A stretch of 64,000 nucleotides of DNA, taken from positions 44,347 to 108,346 of the forward strand of contig CAWBQN010000020.1 of NCBI GenBank assembly GCA_963791065.1. Direction: 5' to 3'. Shown here in pieces: positions 8,938 through 18,723 of the stretch. The notes under the pieces are model-generated. The model was not told the DNA's origin and searched no databases. It saw only the letters and a list, made by a program, of their open reading frames with translations. Source of the DNA: an uncultured Bacteroidales bacterium (GTDB taxonomy: Bacteria > Bacteroidota > Bacteroidia > Bacteroidales > VadinHA17). The position numbers and the translations under genes were made by a program. Each line of letters starts with the position of its first letter. The first letter of the stretch is position 1.

Positions 8938-9858
8938 TTACATTTTAATTCTTTTAATATTCAGGGAATCCAGATTCATGTTTCCAAGTCCCATTTTATG
9001 TGCAATGGGGATATACTCAATTTTCTCAACTGCAACTCCCAGCATTTTCGCTGCAGCAGCATCGCCGGCTACCCAGTCGGTAGTGATTATCTGCGACTTC
9101 ATTGGAACAATGTCTTCCTTAGATACGCCCTGGGGGCCATGCTTAACCATAACATTGTAACAATCAATGACATTAAGAGCCGGCTTCTTCGTATAAAGAG
9201 CATAATCAGCGATACACTGGTTAAGGTCATTTGAATGCCAGTAGCCTCTGTCCCAGACAATTCCCATAGAATTTTTGAGACAAGCGGTCATCCTTGTCGA
9301 ATTATGATCTTTTAAAATCGGGACATTTATAAAAACATCTGTCTCGAGTAAAAGCTGATGAACTTTAGCTTTTTGAAGCTTTATACCGCCGGGGATCTCA
9401 ATTTCATGGTAATAGCTTTCCGAATTGGCGGGTACCACCTTTGCTCCAGCCGATTTTGCAATTCTCTCTATCCCGGAATTACTGTAACAATTTACCCAAT
9501 TATCGCAGGTATGATCAAATATGTAAACTTCTTTGGCTCCTGCCTTGAAACAATGTTCAATAATCCTTTTTACAAGCAACGGATTTGTATTGGCAGCAAG
9601 TTCAGGGATTACGTCCCAGCCAATATTAGGTTTGATCAGCACTTTTTGTCCTTTCTTGACAAAAGTGCCCATTCCGCCTAATTCCTGTATACCCAGGTCA
9701 AACATGGCATCGGGGTTACCACCCATAATTGCAACCATGTCATAAATTGGTGCAGGTTTTGTCGATGACCCCAGTTTATCAAATCCTCCAATTTTCAAAG
9801 CTGCACCGGCTGCAAGACTGCCTCCAATCGATGTTTTAAGAAAATCCCTTCTTTTCAT
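8938..9858 (-). CDS. DUF362-domain protein with twin-arginine (Tat) signal peptide
   Basis: The start is placed at MKRRDFLKTSIGGSLAAGAA, an exact S/T-RRxFLK-type Tat motif. The track ORF extends to 9924. The body (KVLIKPNIGW..., KDHNSTRMT, ADW/DWVAGDAA) matches DUF362. The stop is 3 nt from the polyferredoxin start. Confidence 0.7.
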   Translation of the reverse strand: MKRRDFLKTSIGGSLAAGAALKIGGFDKLGSSTKPAPIYDMVAIMGGNPDAMFDLGIQELGGMGTFVKKGQKVLIKPNIGWDVIPELAANTNPLLVKRIIEHCFKAGAKEVYIFDHTCDNWVNCYSNSGIERIAKSAGAKVVPANSESYYHEIEIPGGIKLQKAKVHQLLLETDVFINVPILKDHNSTRMTACLKNSMGIVWDRGYWHSNDLNQCIADYALYTKKPALNVIDCYNVMVKHGPQGVSKEDIVPMKSQIITTDWVAGDAAAAKMLGVAVEKIEYIPIAHKMGLGNMNLDSLNIKRIKM

Positions 9859-9947
9859 ATTTGTAATAAACTGGTTAAATAACTTGATTTTTAAAGAGTG
9901 CCGAAAATTACAATTTTTTTTCATTATTCAGTCAAGATTGTAAATAG

Positions 9948-9955
9948 TATATTTG
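9948..9955 (+). promoter_or_regulatory. Candidate -7 promoter box (TAtaTTTG) for larC-larB-wbqC
   Basis: Exact TAnnTTTG match in the divergent intergenic region, about 80 nt upstream of the larC ATG at 10036. Confidence 0.3.
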
Positions 9956-10035
9956 CAGACTAAAATTATTGCAGATTCCGCAAGGAGCTAGAATTGCATT
10001 TAGTGGTTTTGTTGTTGCACTTTATACTCTGGATT

Positions 10036-11214
10036 ATGAAAATTATCAGCTATGATTGCTTCTCAGGTATCAGTGGAGACATGAATCTCGGTGCAATGAT
10101 CGATCTCGGAGTCGACAAAATTTTCCTGATTGATGAATTAAAAAAACTTAACCTTCCCGGGTGGCAGCTTATTGCAGAGAAAGATCAGCGACATGGTATT
10201 ACCGGGACTAAGGTAACAGTGAATCAGACCAGGCATGAACATGCCCACCGGCATCTTTCAGATATTCAAAAAATTATAAATGAATCAGCACTAGACAATA
10301 AAACCAGGGAATTAAGCAATAAAATATTTCTGAAGATTGCACATGCTGAAGCAACAGTTCATGGAACCTCAATTGATCAGATACATTTTCATGAGATTGG
10401 AGCAGTTGATTCGATTATTGATGTCGTTGGCGCAGCTATATGTTTTAACGCTTTAAAAGCTGATGAAGTTCATGTTTCACCGGTGGAACTTGGTGGTGGT
10501 TTTGTTTTATGCGATCATGGCAGACTTCCTGTTCCTGCTCCTGCAACTGCCGAACTTATTAAGGGTATACCCGTAAAAAAGGGAGGTGTCGACTTTGAAG
10601 CCACAACTCCGACAGGTGCAGCAATACTGGCTTCACTGGTAACTAATACTGACCCTGAACTGTCTTTTAAAATTGAAAGAACAGCATATGGTGTGGGCCA
10701 GAAAGACCCTTCGGATGTGCCTAATATTCTCAGGGTATTCATTGGTGAAAAAAATTTAAACACAGGATCCGGACATGATGCCATTCAGATAGAATGTAAC
10801 ATTGACGATATGAACCCTGAGTTTTTTGAATATATTTCCGAGAGGCTCTTCAAGGCAGGGGTGTCGGATGTCTTCTTTTCAAATATAATGATGAAGAAAA
10901 GCCGTCCCGGAATTTTGCTCAATGTTATATGTGAAGCCGGATTAGCTGATATAGTCAAAAATATCATTTTTACCGAATCTACCTCGCTGGGAATAAGGAC
11001 ATTCCCTTTCAGAAAGGATACGCTGACCAGAAAATTCGAAACTATTATGACAGTTTATGGCGAAATAAGCATAAAGCGTTCCTATTACAACGGAATAGAG
11101 GTATCCTGCAAACCCGAATATGAAGAATGTAAACATATTGCGGCCGATAAGCAGATTCCGGTCAAAGAGGTTTACAATAATGTTTTGGCACAAGTGGTAA
11201 GAAATAAAAAATAA
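10036..11214 (+). CDS. larC: Nickel-pincer cofactor biosynthesis protein LarC (nickel insertion, DUF111)
   Basis: MKIISYDCFSGISGDMNLGA is a typical LarC N-terminus. There is a His-rich segment (TRHEHAHRH) and HFHEIGAVDSIIDVVG. It is one continuous ORF; the track start at 9994 is probably an upstream extension. Confidence 0.85.
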   Translation: MKIISYDCFSGISGDMNLGAMIDLGVDKIFLIDELKKLNLPGWQLIAEKDQRHGITGTKVTVNQTRHEHAHRHLSDIQKIINESALDNKTRELSNKIFLKIAHAEATVHGTSIDQIHFHEIGAVDSIIDVVGAAICFNALKADEVHVSPVELGGGFVLCDHGRLPVPAPATAELIKGIPVKKGGVDFEATTPTGAAILASLVTNTDPELSFKIERTAYGVGQKDPSDVPNILRVFIGEKNLNTGSGHDAIQIECNIDDMNPEFFEYISERLFKAGVSDVFFSNIMMKKSRPGILLNVICEAGLADIVKNIIFTESTSLGIRTFPFRKDTLTRKFETIMTVYGEISIKRSYYNGIEVSCKPEYEECKHIAADKQIPVKEVYNNVLAQVVRNKK

Positions 11215-11216
11215 TT

Positions 11217-11966
11217 ATGAATGCTCTCGAAGTAGAAAAGATTCTTATTGATGTTAAGAACGGGAAAACCAGCATTGAAGAGGCCCTGGCCACTCTTAAG
11301 AATTTCCCGTATACTGATCTGGGTTTCGCAAGAATTGATCATCACCGTGAAATGAGGACAGGGTATCCTGAGATAATCTACTGCGCCGGGAAATCAATTG
11401 AGCAGGTCAGGGAGATCTTCAGAGTAATGTCAGAGAAGGAAACCAATGTCATTGGGACAAGGGCAAATGACGAAATGTACGAAGCAGTCAGAAGCCTTTC
11501 TTCTGAAGCTGTATATTATCCGGTCGCCAGAATTATCTCAATGCAAAGGAAAAAACCTAAGGTTCCTATGACGCGGATTGCAATCATTACAGCCGGAACT
11601 TCAGATATGCCGGTAGCAGAAGAAGCTGCAATAACTGCTGAGCTCCTGGGAAATAATGTCTTAAGGATTTATGATGCAGGTGTCGCAGGTATTCACCGGC
11701 TTGTTGATAAATTACCTGAAATACGAAACTGCAGGGTGATAATAGTTATTGCAGGTATGGAAGGTGCTCTAGCCAGTGTGGTCGGGGGATTAGTCGATAA
11801 ACCGGTAATTGCTGTGCCTACCAGCGTTGGCTACGGCGCCAATTTCGGAGGTATTTCCGCGCTTCTGGCCATGCTGACCAGCTGTTCAACAGGGGTCACA
11901 GTCGTGAATATTGACAATGGATTCGGTGCCGCTTTTGCTGCCAGTATGATTAATAAGATGGAGTGA
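11217..11966 (+). CDS. larB: Nickel-pincer cofactor biosynthesis protein LarB (AIR-carboxylase-like)
   Basis: 249 aa. The PurE-like C-terminal half (IAIITAGTSDMPVAEEA...AGMEGALASVVGG...PTSVGYG) and the DxHR N-terminal region fit LarB. It starts 3 nt after the larC stop. Confidence 0.85.
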   Translation: MNALEVEKILIDVKNGKTSIEEALATLKNFPYTDLGFARIDHHREMRTGYPEIIYCAGKSIEQVREIFRVMSEKETNVIGTRANDEMYEAVRSLSSEAVYYPVARIISMQRKKPKVPMTRIAIITAGTSDMPVAEEAAITAELLGNNVLRIYDAGVAGIHRLVDKLPEIRNCRVIIVIAGMEGALASVVGGLVDKPVIAVPTSVGYGANFGGISALLAMLTSCSTGVTVVNIDNGFGAAFAASMINKME

Positions 11967-11977
11967 TTCATTTTACG

Positions 11978-12583
11978 ATGTCAGGGAAAATATTACTCTC
12001 CACGGCATACTTGCCACCGGTAGAATACTTCTCCTTCATTTTACAGGCTGATGAGGTATATGTTGAAAAGGAAGAAAATTACTTAAAGCAGTCCTACAGG
12101 AACAGATGCTATATATTGTCTGCACATGGACCGCATCTTTTATCTGTTCCGGTTTATCTTGGCAGCCTGCACAAAACACCAATAAAAGAAATCAGGATAG
12201 ACTACTCCAAGAGGTGGCAGCAAGTGCATCTGAGAGCTATCACGGCTGCTTATGGCTCATCTCCTTTTTTTCAATTTTATTTTGAGTATATTGAAAAAGT
12301 TATCTCAAAGAAGACAGAATTTCTCCTTGACCTGAACATGGAACTTACTGAGTCCGTGCTGAAAATGCTCAATATAAAAATTAAACTCCTTTATACTGTT
12401 GAATTTGAACCTGCCGGAGGATCAGAAAATGATCTCAGATATAAAATATCACCAAAAGGATCTTCCCTATCCGCCTCCAAAGAATACCTGCAGGTTTTTA
12501 AAACAAGCGGTCAATTTGTTGGAGGGTTGAGTATTATAGACCTGATCTTTAATACAGGGCCGGAAGCGGGTGATTACCTGTAA
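11978..12583 (+). CDS. WbqC-family protein (function unknown)
   Basis: LLSTAYLPPVEYF...QSYRNRC...RWQQVHLRAI...SIIDLIFN matches WbqC-like family signatures. The start is either ATG at 11978 or GTG at 11963, which overlaps the larB stop. Confidence 0.65.
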   Translation: MSGKILLSTAYLPPVEYFSFILQADEVYVEKEENYLKQSYRNRCYILSAHGPHLLSVPVYLGSLHKTPIKEIRIDYSKRWQQVHLRAITAAYGSSPFFQFYFEYIEKVISKKTEFLLDLNMELTESVLKMLNIKIKLLYTVEFEPAGGSENDLRYKISPKGSSLSASKEYLQVFKTSGQFVGGLSIIDLIFNTGPEAGDYL

Positions 12584-12631
12584 AGTTGAGCATACTACCC
12601 AGGCAGTATTACCTAAGAAAGGCCAAAAAAA

Positions 12632-12655
12632 AGGCTGCCTCAAAAGAGGCAGCCT
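12632..12655. terminator. Bidirectional stem-loop terminator between convergent wbqC and the OM barrel gene
   Basis: Perfect 10-bp GC-rich stem aggctgcctc/gaggcagcct with loop aaaa. An A-run lies upstream and the hairpin sits between two convergent stop codons. Confidence 0.7.
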
Positions 12656-12679
12656 CAACTGTAGGAAGTCATCAAAGTA

Positions 12680-14176
12680 TCAAATACCAAATTTGTAACC
12701 GAAAGTCAGAGTGAACATATTTTTTATCGTATTCAGATTAGCGAGTGCCGGATCAATTCCTGTTTCCACAGGGTACAGAAAATACTTCTGGGAATATTTA
12801 TAATTGGTGAAAGCAAAGTCGATGGATAAGTTCTGTTCCCTTACGCCAACCCCGAATGATAAAGTATTATAGTCAAGGTTTGCATTATCCTGGTCCGATT
12901 TAAATGATTTTCCATAAAATCCGTAACCTGCTCTCAGGTAGAGGTTATTCAATCTGAACTCACCGCCAAGCCTTATGTTGCTTGTTGGTTTCAGACTATT
13001 TTTTATTGCTTGATTTTCCGGTTGGTAGTCATGGTTATCACCTGTCTGATAAAAATTTGCAGAACTATAATCAACAAATTCATAATCAGCGCTGAGGATT
13101 GCCAGTTTTTGAACCTGTACGCCTACTCCTGCCAATAGCCTGAAAGGTGTTGCCAGTCCATAATTATACCTTGAGGGGTTATTGGAGGATTCATACTGGT
13201 TGCCATCAGTGAAGTGTGATGTTATGTCATTGTAATAATATTCATCGATCTTATACCAGGTAGGAGAATGGAATGCCAGGCCTATGCGGACAGCGTCAAC
13301 AGGTTTGTAAATGGCTCCCAGCTTAAGTGAATATCCGGTTCCTCTATCTTCAAAATGATCAGTATAGGTAAAATCCTGGAATTGGGAGGGAAGCGTTGTA
13401 TTGGTCGACTCGAGATGTTCAAAGTGACTGGTGAATCTCAGAACAGAGACACCAAATGTAGCACCAAAGAAGATCTTATTTGAATAATTACCTCCAATAG
13501 AGAACGCATGTTCAGCAGTATATCCATCATTGGTAATAATACGCTTTACTGTCTGACCATATCTCGACGGAGGAGTATCGCCATAATTTGAATAGGTTGT
13601 TGCATAACGATTTCCACCTGACCCGGTAATTGTATCAATTACATAGGTATCCCAGGCAATTCTTTCAGCGCCCTGAAGATTATTAAAATTCGTTCCGACT
13701 CCCTGGTTTCCCAGGGCAGCCCAATAATCAGCCATGGAACTTGAGTTACTGACTCCCTGAATCACAATACTTTGACTCAGATTATTTGTTTTATTGAACG
13801 AATAACCGAGATTAAGTGTAATCAGTCCTGATTCTTTGTTATTCGAAATAATATTACCGACTATACCGATCTGACCCAGATTAAAATTATAGAGATAGTC
13901 TGTTGAGTTTCCGTTGAAGCCGGCAGTTGTTTTAATATGAAATAACTGAGGCGTAATTGTCAGTTCAGAGGATCTGAAGACACCAAGTCCTGCCGGGTTC
14001 TGACTCAAAGATGATATATCTCCTCCAAGGGCTGTGAAGGCACCTCCCATAGACATGAATCTGGCAGTTCCTCCATAAAATATCTGGGAATATCTTAATG
14101 CATCATCTACATTCTGAGCATTGACTCCGACAGCTACAGATATTAGTGCGAATATTAATAAGCTAATTCTTTTCAT
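12680..14176 (-). CDS. FadL/PorV-like outer-membrane beta-barrel protein
   Basis: It has a signal peptide (MKRISLLIFALISVAVGVNAQ), an N-terminal GGTARFMSMGGAF...NPAGLG motif typical of FadL-family barrels, alternating amphipathic strands, and a C-terminal FTLTFGYKFGI ending in an aromatic-containing strand. Confidence 0.6.
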   Translation of the reverse strand: MKRISLLIFALISVAVGVNAQNVDDALRYSQIFYGGTARFMSMGGAFTALGGDISSLSQNPAGLGVFRSSELTITPQLFHIKTTAGFNGNSTDYLYNFNLGQIGIVGNIISNNKESGLITLNLGYSFNKTNNLSQSIVIQGVSNSSSMADYWAALGNQGVGTNFNNLQGAERIAWDTYVIDTITGSGGNRYATTYSNYGDTPPSRYGQTVKRIITNDGYTAEHAFSIGGNYSNKIFFGATFGVSVLRFTSHFEHLESTNTTLPSQFQDFTYTDHFEDRGTGYSLKLGAIYKPVDAVRIGLAFHSPTWYKIDEYYYNDITSHFTDGNQYESSNNPSRYNYGLATPFRLLAGVGVQVQKLAILSADYEFVDYSSANFYQTGDNHDYQPENQAIKNSLKPTSNIRLGGEFRLNNLYLRAGYGFYGKSFKSDQDNANLDYNTLSFGVGVREQNLSIDFAFTNYKYSQKYFLYPVETGIDPALANLNTIKNMFTLTFGYKFGI

Positions 14177-14253
14177 ACGTTTCTTTTTTTGTAAGACTTT
14201 CCCTGCACTCTTTATTTAGAATGAACTTTTTAACTGCTATTTTATTGTTTAAA

Positions 14254-15657
14254 TTATCTTCTTCCGGAAGAGGAGCCACCACCACCTGAAGACCTGCCGC
14301 CACCCGATGAAGAACCTGAGGAATATGAACCGCTTGATCCTGAACTGGATGATCCGCTGCTATAGGATCTGCTGCTGCCGGAAGAAGCACCACTGTAAGA
14401 ACCTGAGGAATAACTGCCTCTCGATACACTGCTTCTCGACGGAACAGAATAGCTTCCCGAACTTCTGTAAGAATTTGATCTGACCTGGTTTGAGGGAGAA
14501 TATCCTGACGGTGATTCGCTTCTCCGTACACTGCTTCCTGAGGAACCACTTCTGACATTATTATACGTCCGCTGATACGAACCCTGAGACCCGCCGTTAT
14601 AAATCCTCGTATTATTAGTTGCACCCTGGTTTACTCTGCTATTGTTATAAGAGGGCCTGGTTGACATTCTTGGATTATTGTAACTTGGAGTATAAGTCCG
14701 GTTAACATTATTGTATGCCGGCTTCGTATTTGCCGGGCTTCTCTGGACGGAGGTGGAATTGTAAGGTACCTTCGACTGAACCTGTGCAGATCTTCTGTTA
14801 ACCTGACTGACAGTTTGTTGCTGGGAACTAACGCCTGATGTAACAGTCCTTCTCTGATTAGTACTCTGTGTTGCAGTTCCGGAAGTTCTTCGAGCTGAGG
14901 AACTAGCGTGGTACAGGTACGAATCCCTTCTTGAAGAACCAATACCGCCAACAGAGCTATTCCAGCTTGAGGAAAGATTGCTCGGTTTTGCCTGTCTCCC
15001 ATAGGTAACCTTATTATCACCATAGGAACGGTTATATCCATTATTAAATATTCCGCCATAATAACCACCATAATAACCTAAACCTCCATAATACCCTCCA
15101 TAAAAACCAGGATAATAACCCGGGTAGCCATATCCGTAATAATCACCATAGTATCCTCCATATCCATATCCATAAGGATTCATGAAATAGGAATTGCCAA
15201 ATCCATAGTATGGAAAACCTCCGTAGCCAAAACCATATCCGAATGAAGGATAGCCAAAGTCAAAATAGAATGGATCTCTCCAGTAAGGATCAAAATAGTT
15301 ACCATAAAACATTCTTAATCTTGAAGAATACGGAACCTGATCGTAATAATCATATCCTTCATTGTTATTATAGTAATTATTATCGACTACAGTGTCATAA
15401 TTAACTGCACCTGAATACTGGTCCGAAACCAGGGTATCTTGTGCATATTTATTATCATAGTAGTCTTTATTCTTTAAACTGCTTGTTGGGGCTTGTTCAT
15501 TAACAGGAGCGTTGTTCCTGGCAACCGGCTGATCTGAAGGTAAATAATAAAGATCATCGTACTCTGCTCCTGTATAAAGGCTTGATGTACAGGAGCTAAG
15601 AGCAAATAGAGCAAGGACTAATATTTGAGATAATGTTTTCATTTTAATTTCCCCCAT
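14254..15657 (-). CDS. Secreted lipoprotein with extreme low-complexity Tyr/Gly/Phe core and Ser/Arg/Asn-rich tail
   Basis: Lipobox LALFALSSC follows MKTLSQ (alternative start at 15642). The core has runs such as GYGFGYGGFPYYGFG and GYYGDYYGYGYPGYYPGFYGGYYGGLGYYGGYYGG. The C-terminal half is S/R/N/T/Q-rich and ends SSGGGRSSGGGGSSSGRR. Confidence 0.6.
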   Translation of the reverse strand: MGEIKMKTLSQILVLALFALSSCTSSLYTGAEYDDLYYLPSDQPVARNNAPVNEQAPTSSLKNKDYYDNKYAQDTLVSDQYSGAVNYDTVVDNNYYNNNEGYDYYDQVPYSSRLRMFYGNYFDPYWRDPFYFDFGYPSFGYGFGYGGFPYYGFGNSYFMNPYGYGYGGYYGDYYGYGYPGYYPGFYGGYYGGLGYYGGYYGGIFNNGYNRSYGDNKVTYGRQAKPSNLSSSWNSSVGGIGSSRRDSYLYHASSSARRTSGTATQSTNQRRTVTSGVSSQQQTVSQVNRRSAQVQSKVPYNSTSVQRSPANTKPAYNNVNRTYTPSYNNPRMSTRPSYNNSRVNQGATNNTRIYNGGSQGSYQRTYNNVRSGSSGSSVRRSESPSGYSPSNQVRSNSYRSSGSYSVPSRSSVSRGSYSSGSYSGASSGSSRSYSSGSSSSGSSGSYSSGSSSGGGRSSGGGGSSSGRR

Positions 15658-15748
15658 TGTTTTCTAAATAACACGCAAATATTGTACCAAAGAAACAAAT
15701 TAAATTAACTAAGTGTTATGAATCACTAAATATAATATTTTTTAATTT

Positions 15749-17040
15749 CTATCTCCTTCCTGATGATCTCCCCTTGGAGGAACCTGAACCGGATCCGGAG
15801 GATCTTGTACCTGATGATCTTGAAACGGATGATCTGGAACCGGATGATCTGGAAATACTGTGCGAGGAGCTGCTTCTGATCCCTGATCCTGAGCCGGACG
15901 GCCTGGAATAAGACGACCGTACCTGTGAAGAGTGTACTGCCCCGGATGAACGTGTGCCTACAGATGAATTAAGATGCGAAGTCCTGCTCGTGTTAGCGCT
16001 GTGTGTTACATAGTTGTTGTAACGGTTATTATTCGAATTGGATGTAACAGTTCTTGAATTGCCCGCATTATTGGCATATGAGTAACTAGTGCTCCTGGTA
16101 CCCAGGCTGCGGCCACCACCATTATTGTTACGGTTATTAATGCTATTTACGTTATTTCCGTTGTTGCTGTTGTGGCTGTTGTTACCATTATTTACACTGT
16201 TCACATTGTTTCCATTATTTCTGTTATTGCTGTGATTTCCGTCAATTACACTATTGATATTGTTCCCGTTATTTGTATGTATCCGGTTATAAGTGTGATT
16301 GCCATTGTTGCTGTTGTTGCCGTTGACATTGCCTGCTCCCCTGTTGCCTGTGTTCCTTGTATTAGTTCCATTGCGGAAATTATTGCCGGATGAATTATTT
16401 CTATTATAGGCATAAGATCCTGAATTGTTCCCCGGATTCCTTCTTGAAGGAGAAACCGAGTTTGAGTATCTGTCTGAGTTATACCTGTTATATCTGTTAT
16501 ACCTGTTATAATCATTATGTGCGTAGTAGGAATTCCTGTAGCCGTTGTAACCATAGCCATGGTCAAACCTGTTCCATCCAAAATAATCGTTGTGCCATCT
16601 GTAACCGAAATTAAAGTTAAAGTATTACAGGAAAGTACCAGTTGTTGTAATAATAAGGATCATACCCACCATAATAGCTTCCGTAGTAAGGATCATATCC
16701 ATAATAGCCTCCATAACCATAATCATATGAAAGGGTAGTTAAATGCCAATCCCAATCCGAAACCTCCGCCAAATAAATCCTAATCCCCACGAAAAAGGCT
16801 GGTAATCATACCAGTAAGGATCGGTAAATACCGGCGAGTAATAATCGAATGCTGCATATGATCTGTGAAACCTGTTAATCCTTGATGCAAAGTAATAAAT
16901 CATAATCATTATAATAATTATTTACGACCAGTTTGGCATCATCATTCCTGTTGTATCCGGAATCAGTCTCTCTGAGCATTTACAGTTGAAGCACCAAGCA
17001 GAAGTACTGATAAAATTCCGATGTAGTATTTTGCTTTCAT
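15749..17040 (-). pseudogene. Paralog of the 14254-15657 low-complexity secreted protein, interrupted by several frameshifts
   Basis: The ATG at 17040 gives signal peptide MKAKYYIGILSVLLLGASTVNAQ. Successive frames then read NNYYNDYD..FASRINRFHRSYAAFDYYSPVFTDPYWYDYQPF, YDYGYGGYYGYDPYYGSYYGG, and GYRWHNDYFGWNRFDHGYGYNGY..., followed by an N-rich tract and an S/R tail ending SKGRSSGRR. It is alignable with the neighbour at YSSRLRMFYGNYFDPYW. Confidence 0.55.
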
Positions 17041-17141
17041 GATGAACCTCCCTTTCTTTTTTGAGTAATAACTGATCTTTTTATTTATTTTTACGCAATC
17101 TATTTCTTTAAAATAAATGAAACAAATACCATACCAAAAAA

Positions 17142-18617
17142 ATGGCGAAGTTTTTAACTAACAGGGACGAGAATTATTCACAATGGTATAACGATCTGGT
17201 TATCAAGGCTGATCTGGCAGAAAATTCGGCTGTTCGCGGATGCATGGTTATTAAACCTTACGGGTATGCAATCTGGGAAAAGATACAGGCCGAACTCGAC
17301 AGACTATTTAAAGCTACCGGTCATGTAAATGCATATTTTCCTTTATTTATACCAAAATCATTCTTCAGCAAAGAGGCAGCCCATGTAGAAGGATTTGCAA
17401 AAGAGTGTGCAGTGGTTACTCATTATCGTCTCAAAAATGATGAAAACGGCAAAGGGATTGTTGTTGATCCGACTGCAAAACTTGAAGAAGAACTAATTAT
17501 CCGGCCTACTTCAGAAACCATCATCTGGCATTCATATAAAAACTGGATCCATTCATACAGGGATCTTCCAATTCTCATCAATCAATGGGCAAATGTTGTC
17601 AGATGGGAAATGAGGACCAGGCTTTTTCTCAGAACGACGGAATTTCTGTGGCAGGAAGGACATACGGCACATGCGACCAGAGAAGAAGCAATCGAAGAGA
17701 CCGAAAAGATGATCAAAGTTTATGCAGGCTTTTCGGAAAACTCAATGGCTCTGCCTGTTATTAAAGGATATAAGACTGAAAATGAACGTTTTGCAGGAGC
17801 CATCGATACATATGCCATTGAAGCACTTATGCAGGATGGAAAAGCATTGCAGGCAGGAACGAGCCATTTTCTGGGACAAAACTTTGCTAAAGCATTCGAA
17901 GTTCAGTTTACTGACAAAACAGGTAAGCTTGATTATGTCTGGGCAACCTCCTGGGGTGTTACAACCAGGCTTATAGGTGCTATAATCATGGGTCATGCCG
18001 ATAACCATGGCCTGATTTTGCCTCCGAAACTCGCACCGATCCAGGTTGTGATAATACCTATTTATAAAAATATTGAGCAGATAGGGGCATTGTCCGACAC
18101 AGCAATAAAAATCAAATCCGGACTGGAAGCTCTTGGCATATCAGTTAAATATGATGACAGGGATAATAATAAGCCCGGATGGAAATTTGCTGATTATGAA
18201 CTGAAAGGAGTTCCGGTGCGACTGGCGATAGGACCGCGTGATCTTGAAAATAAAACAATTGAGGTAGCCAGAAGGGATAATCTGACGAAAGAGACAATAC
18301 CTGTTGACAAGATAAATGAACATATCCCAGAGCTTCTTGAGGAAATTCAGACCAATATTTATAATAAGGCTCTGAATTTCAGAAAGGAAAATACTTTTTA
18401 TGTTGATAAATGGGACGATTTTCTGAAAGTTCTTGATAATCAGGGTGGATTTATTATGGCTCACTGGGACGGAACAGTTGAGACAGAAGAGAAAATTAAA
18501 GAGGAGACAAAAGCCACAATCAGATGTATTCCTTTTGACAGTCCTGAAGAAGGGGTAAATGTGTTTATTCAGGAAAACCATCCAAACAGAAGAGTCCTTT
18601 TTGCAAGATCCTATTAA
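17142..18617 (+). CDS. proS: Prolyl-tRNA synthetase (archaeal/eukaryote-like class II form)
   Basis: 491 aa. NYSQWYNDL..., [38 protein letters not shown] and C-terminal VLFARSY are ProRS signatures. Confidence 0.9.
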   Translation: MAKFLTNRDENYSQWYNDLVIKADLAENSAVRGCMVIKPYGYAIWEKIQAELDRLFKATGHVNAYFPLFIPKSFFSKEAAHVEGFAKECAVVTHYRLKNDENGKGIVVDPTAKLEEELIIRPTSETIIWHSYKNWIHSYRDLPILINQWANVVRWEMRTRLFLRTTEFLWQEGHTAHATREEAIEETEKMIKVYAGFSENSMALPVIKGYKTENERFAGAIDTYAIEALMQDGKALQAGTSHFLGQNFAKAFEVQFTDKTGKLDYVWATSWGVTTRLIGAIIMGHADNHGLILPPKLAPIQVVIIPIYKNIEQIGALSDTAIKIKSGLEALGISVKYDDRDNNKPGWKFADYELKGVPVRLAIGPRDLENKTIEVARRDNLTKETIPVDKINEHIPELLEEIQTNIYNKALNFRKENTFYVDKWDDFLKVLDNQGGFIMAHWDGTVETEEKIKEETKATIRCIPFDSPEEGVNVFIQENHPNRRVLFARSY

Positions 18618-18723
18618 TTAATAATTACACTCCGTTAAATATTCACCCGGGATATGATTGTTTTAATTCCGCTGAATAATTCTTACTTTAGATGCCAATA
18701 TTTCACTTAATACGACGTTTACC

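Noticed and set aside
7438-9160. Long plus-strand ORFs (7438-7998, 186 aa; 8567-9160, 197 aa; 8998-9234) opposite the polyferredoxin and DUF362 genes
   Set aside because: They are antisense to ORFs with strong, motif-rich translations. Their own translations are low-complexity (F/L/I/R-rich) with no motifs. They are typical shadow ORFs in AT-rich sequence.
10036-11214. Programmed ribosomal frameshift in larC (known in Lactobacillus plantarum larC1/larC2), or in the other split genes
   Set aside because: larC here is a single uninterrupted ORF. The frameshifts in tilS, aroC, pepD and the other split genes lack slippery-site or structure context and occur at arbitrary or homopolymer positions, which fits indel errors better.
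14163-16738. Alternative-frame ORFs inside the low-complexity genes (14163-14624, 14631-15071, 16172-16393, 16246-16581, 16390-16614, 16517-16738)
   Set aside because: Repetitive codon composition keeps several frames open. Only the frame carrying a signal peptide and homology between the two paralogs is coherent. The rest are frame artefacts, or in the second paralog, by-products of frameshifts.
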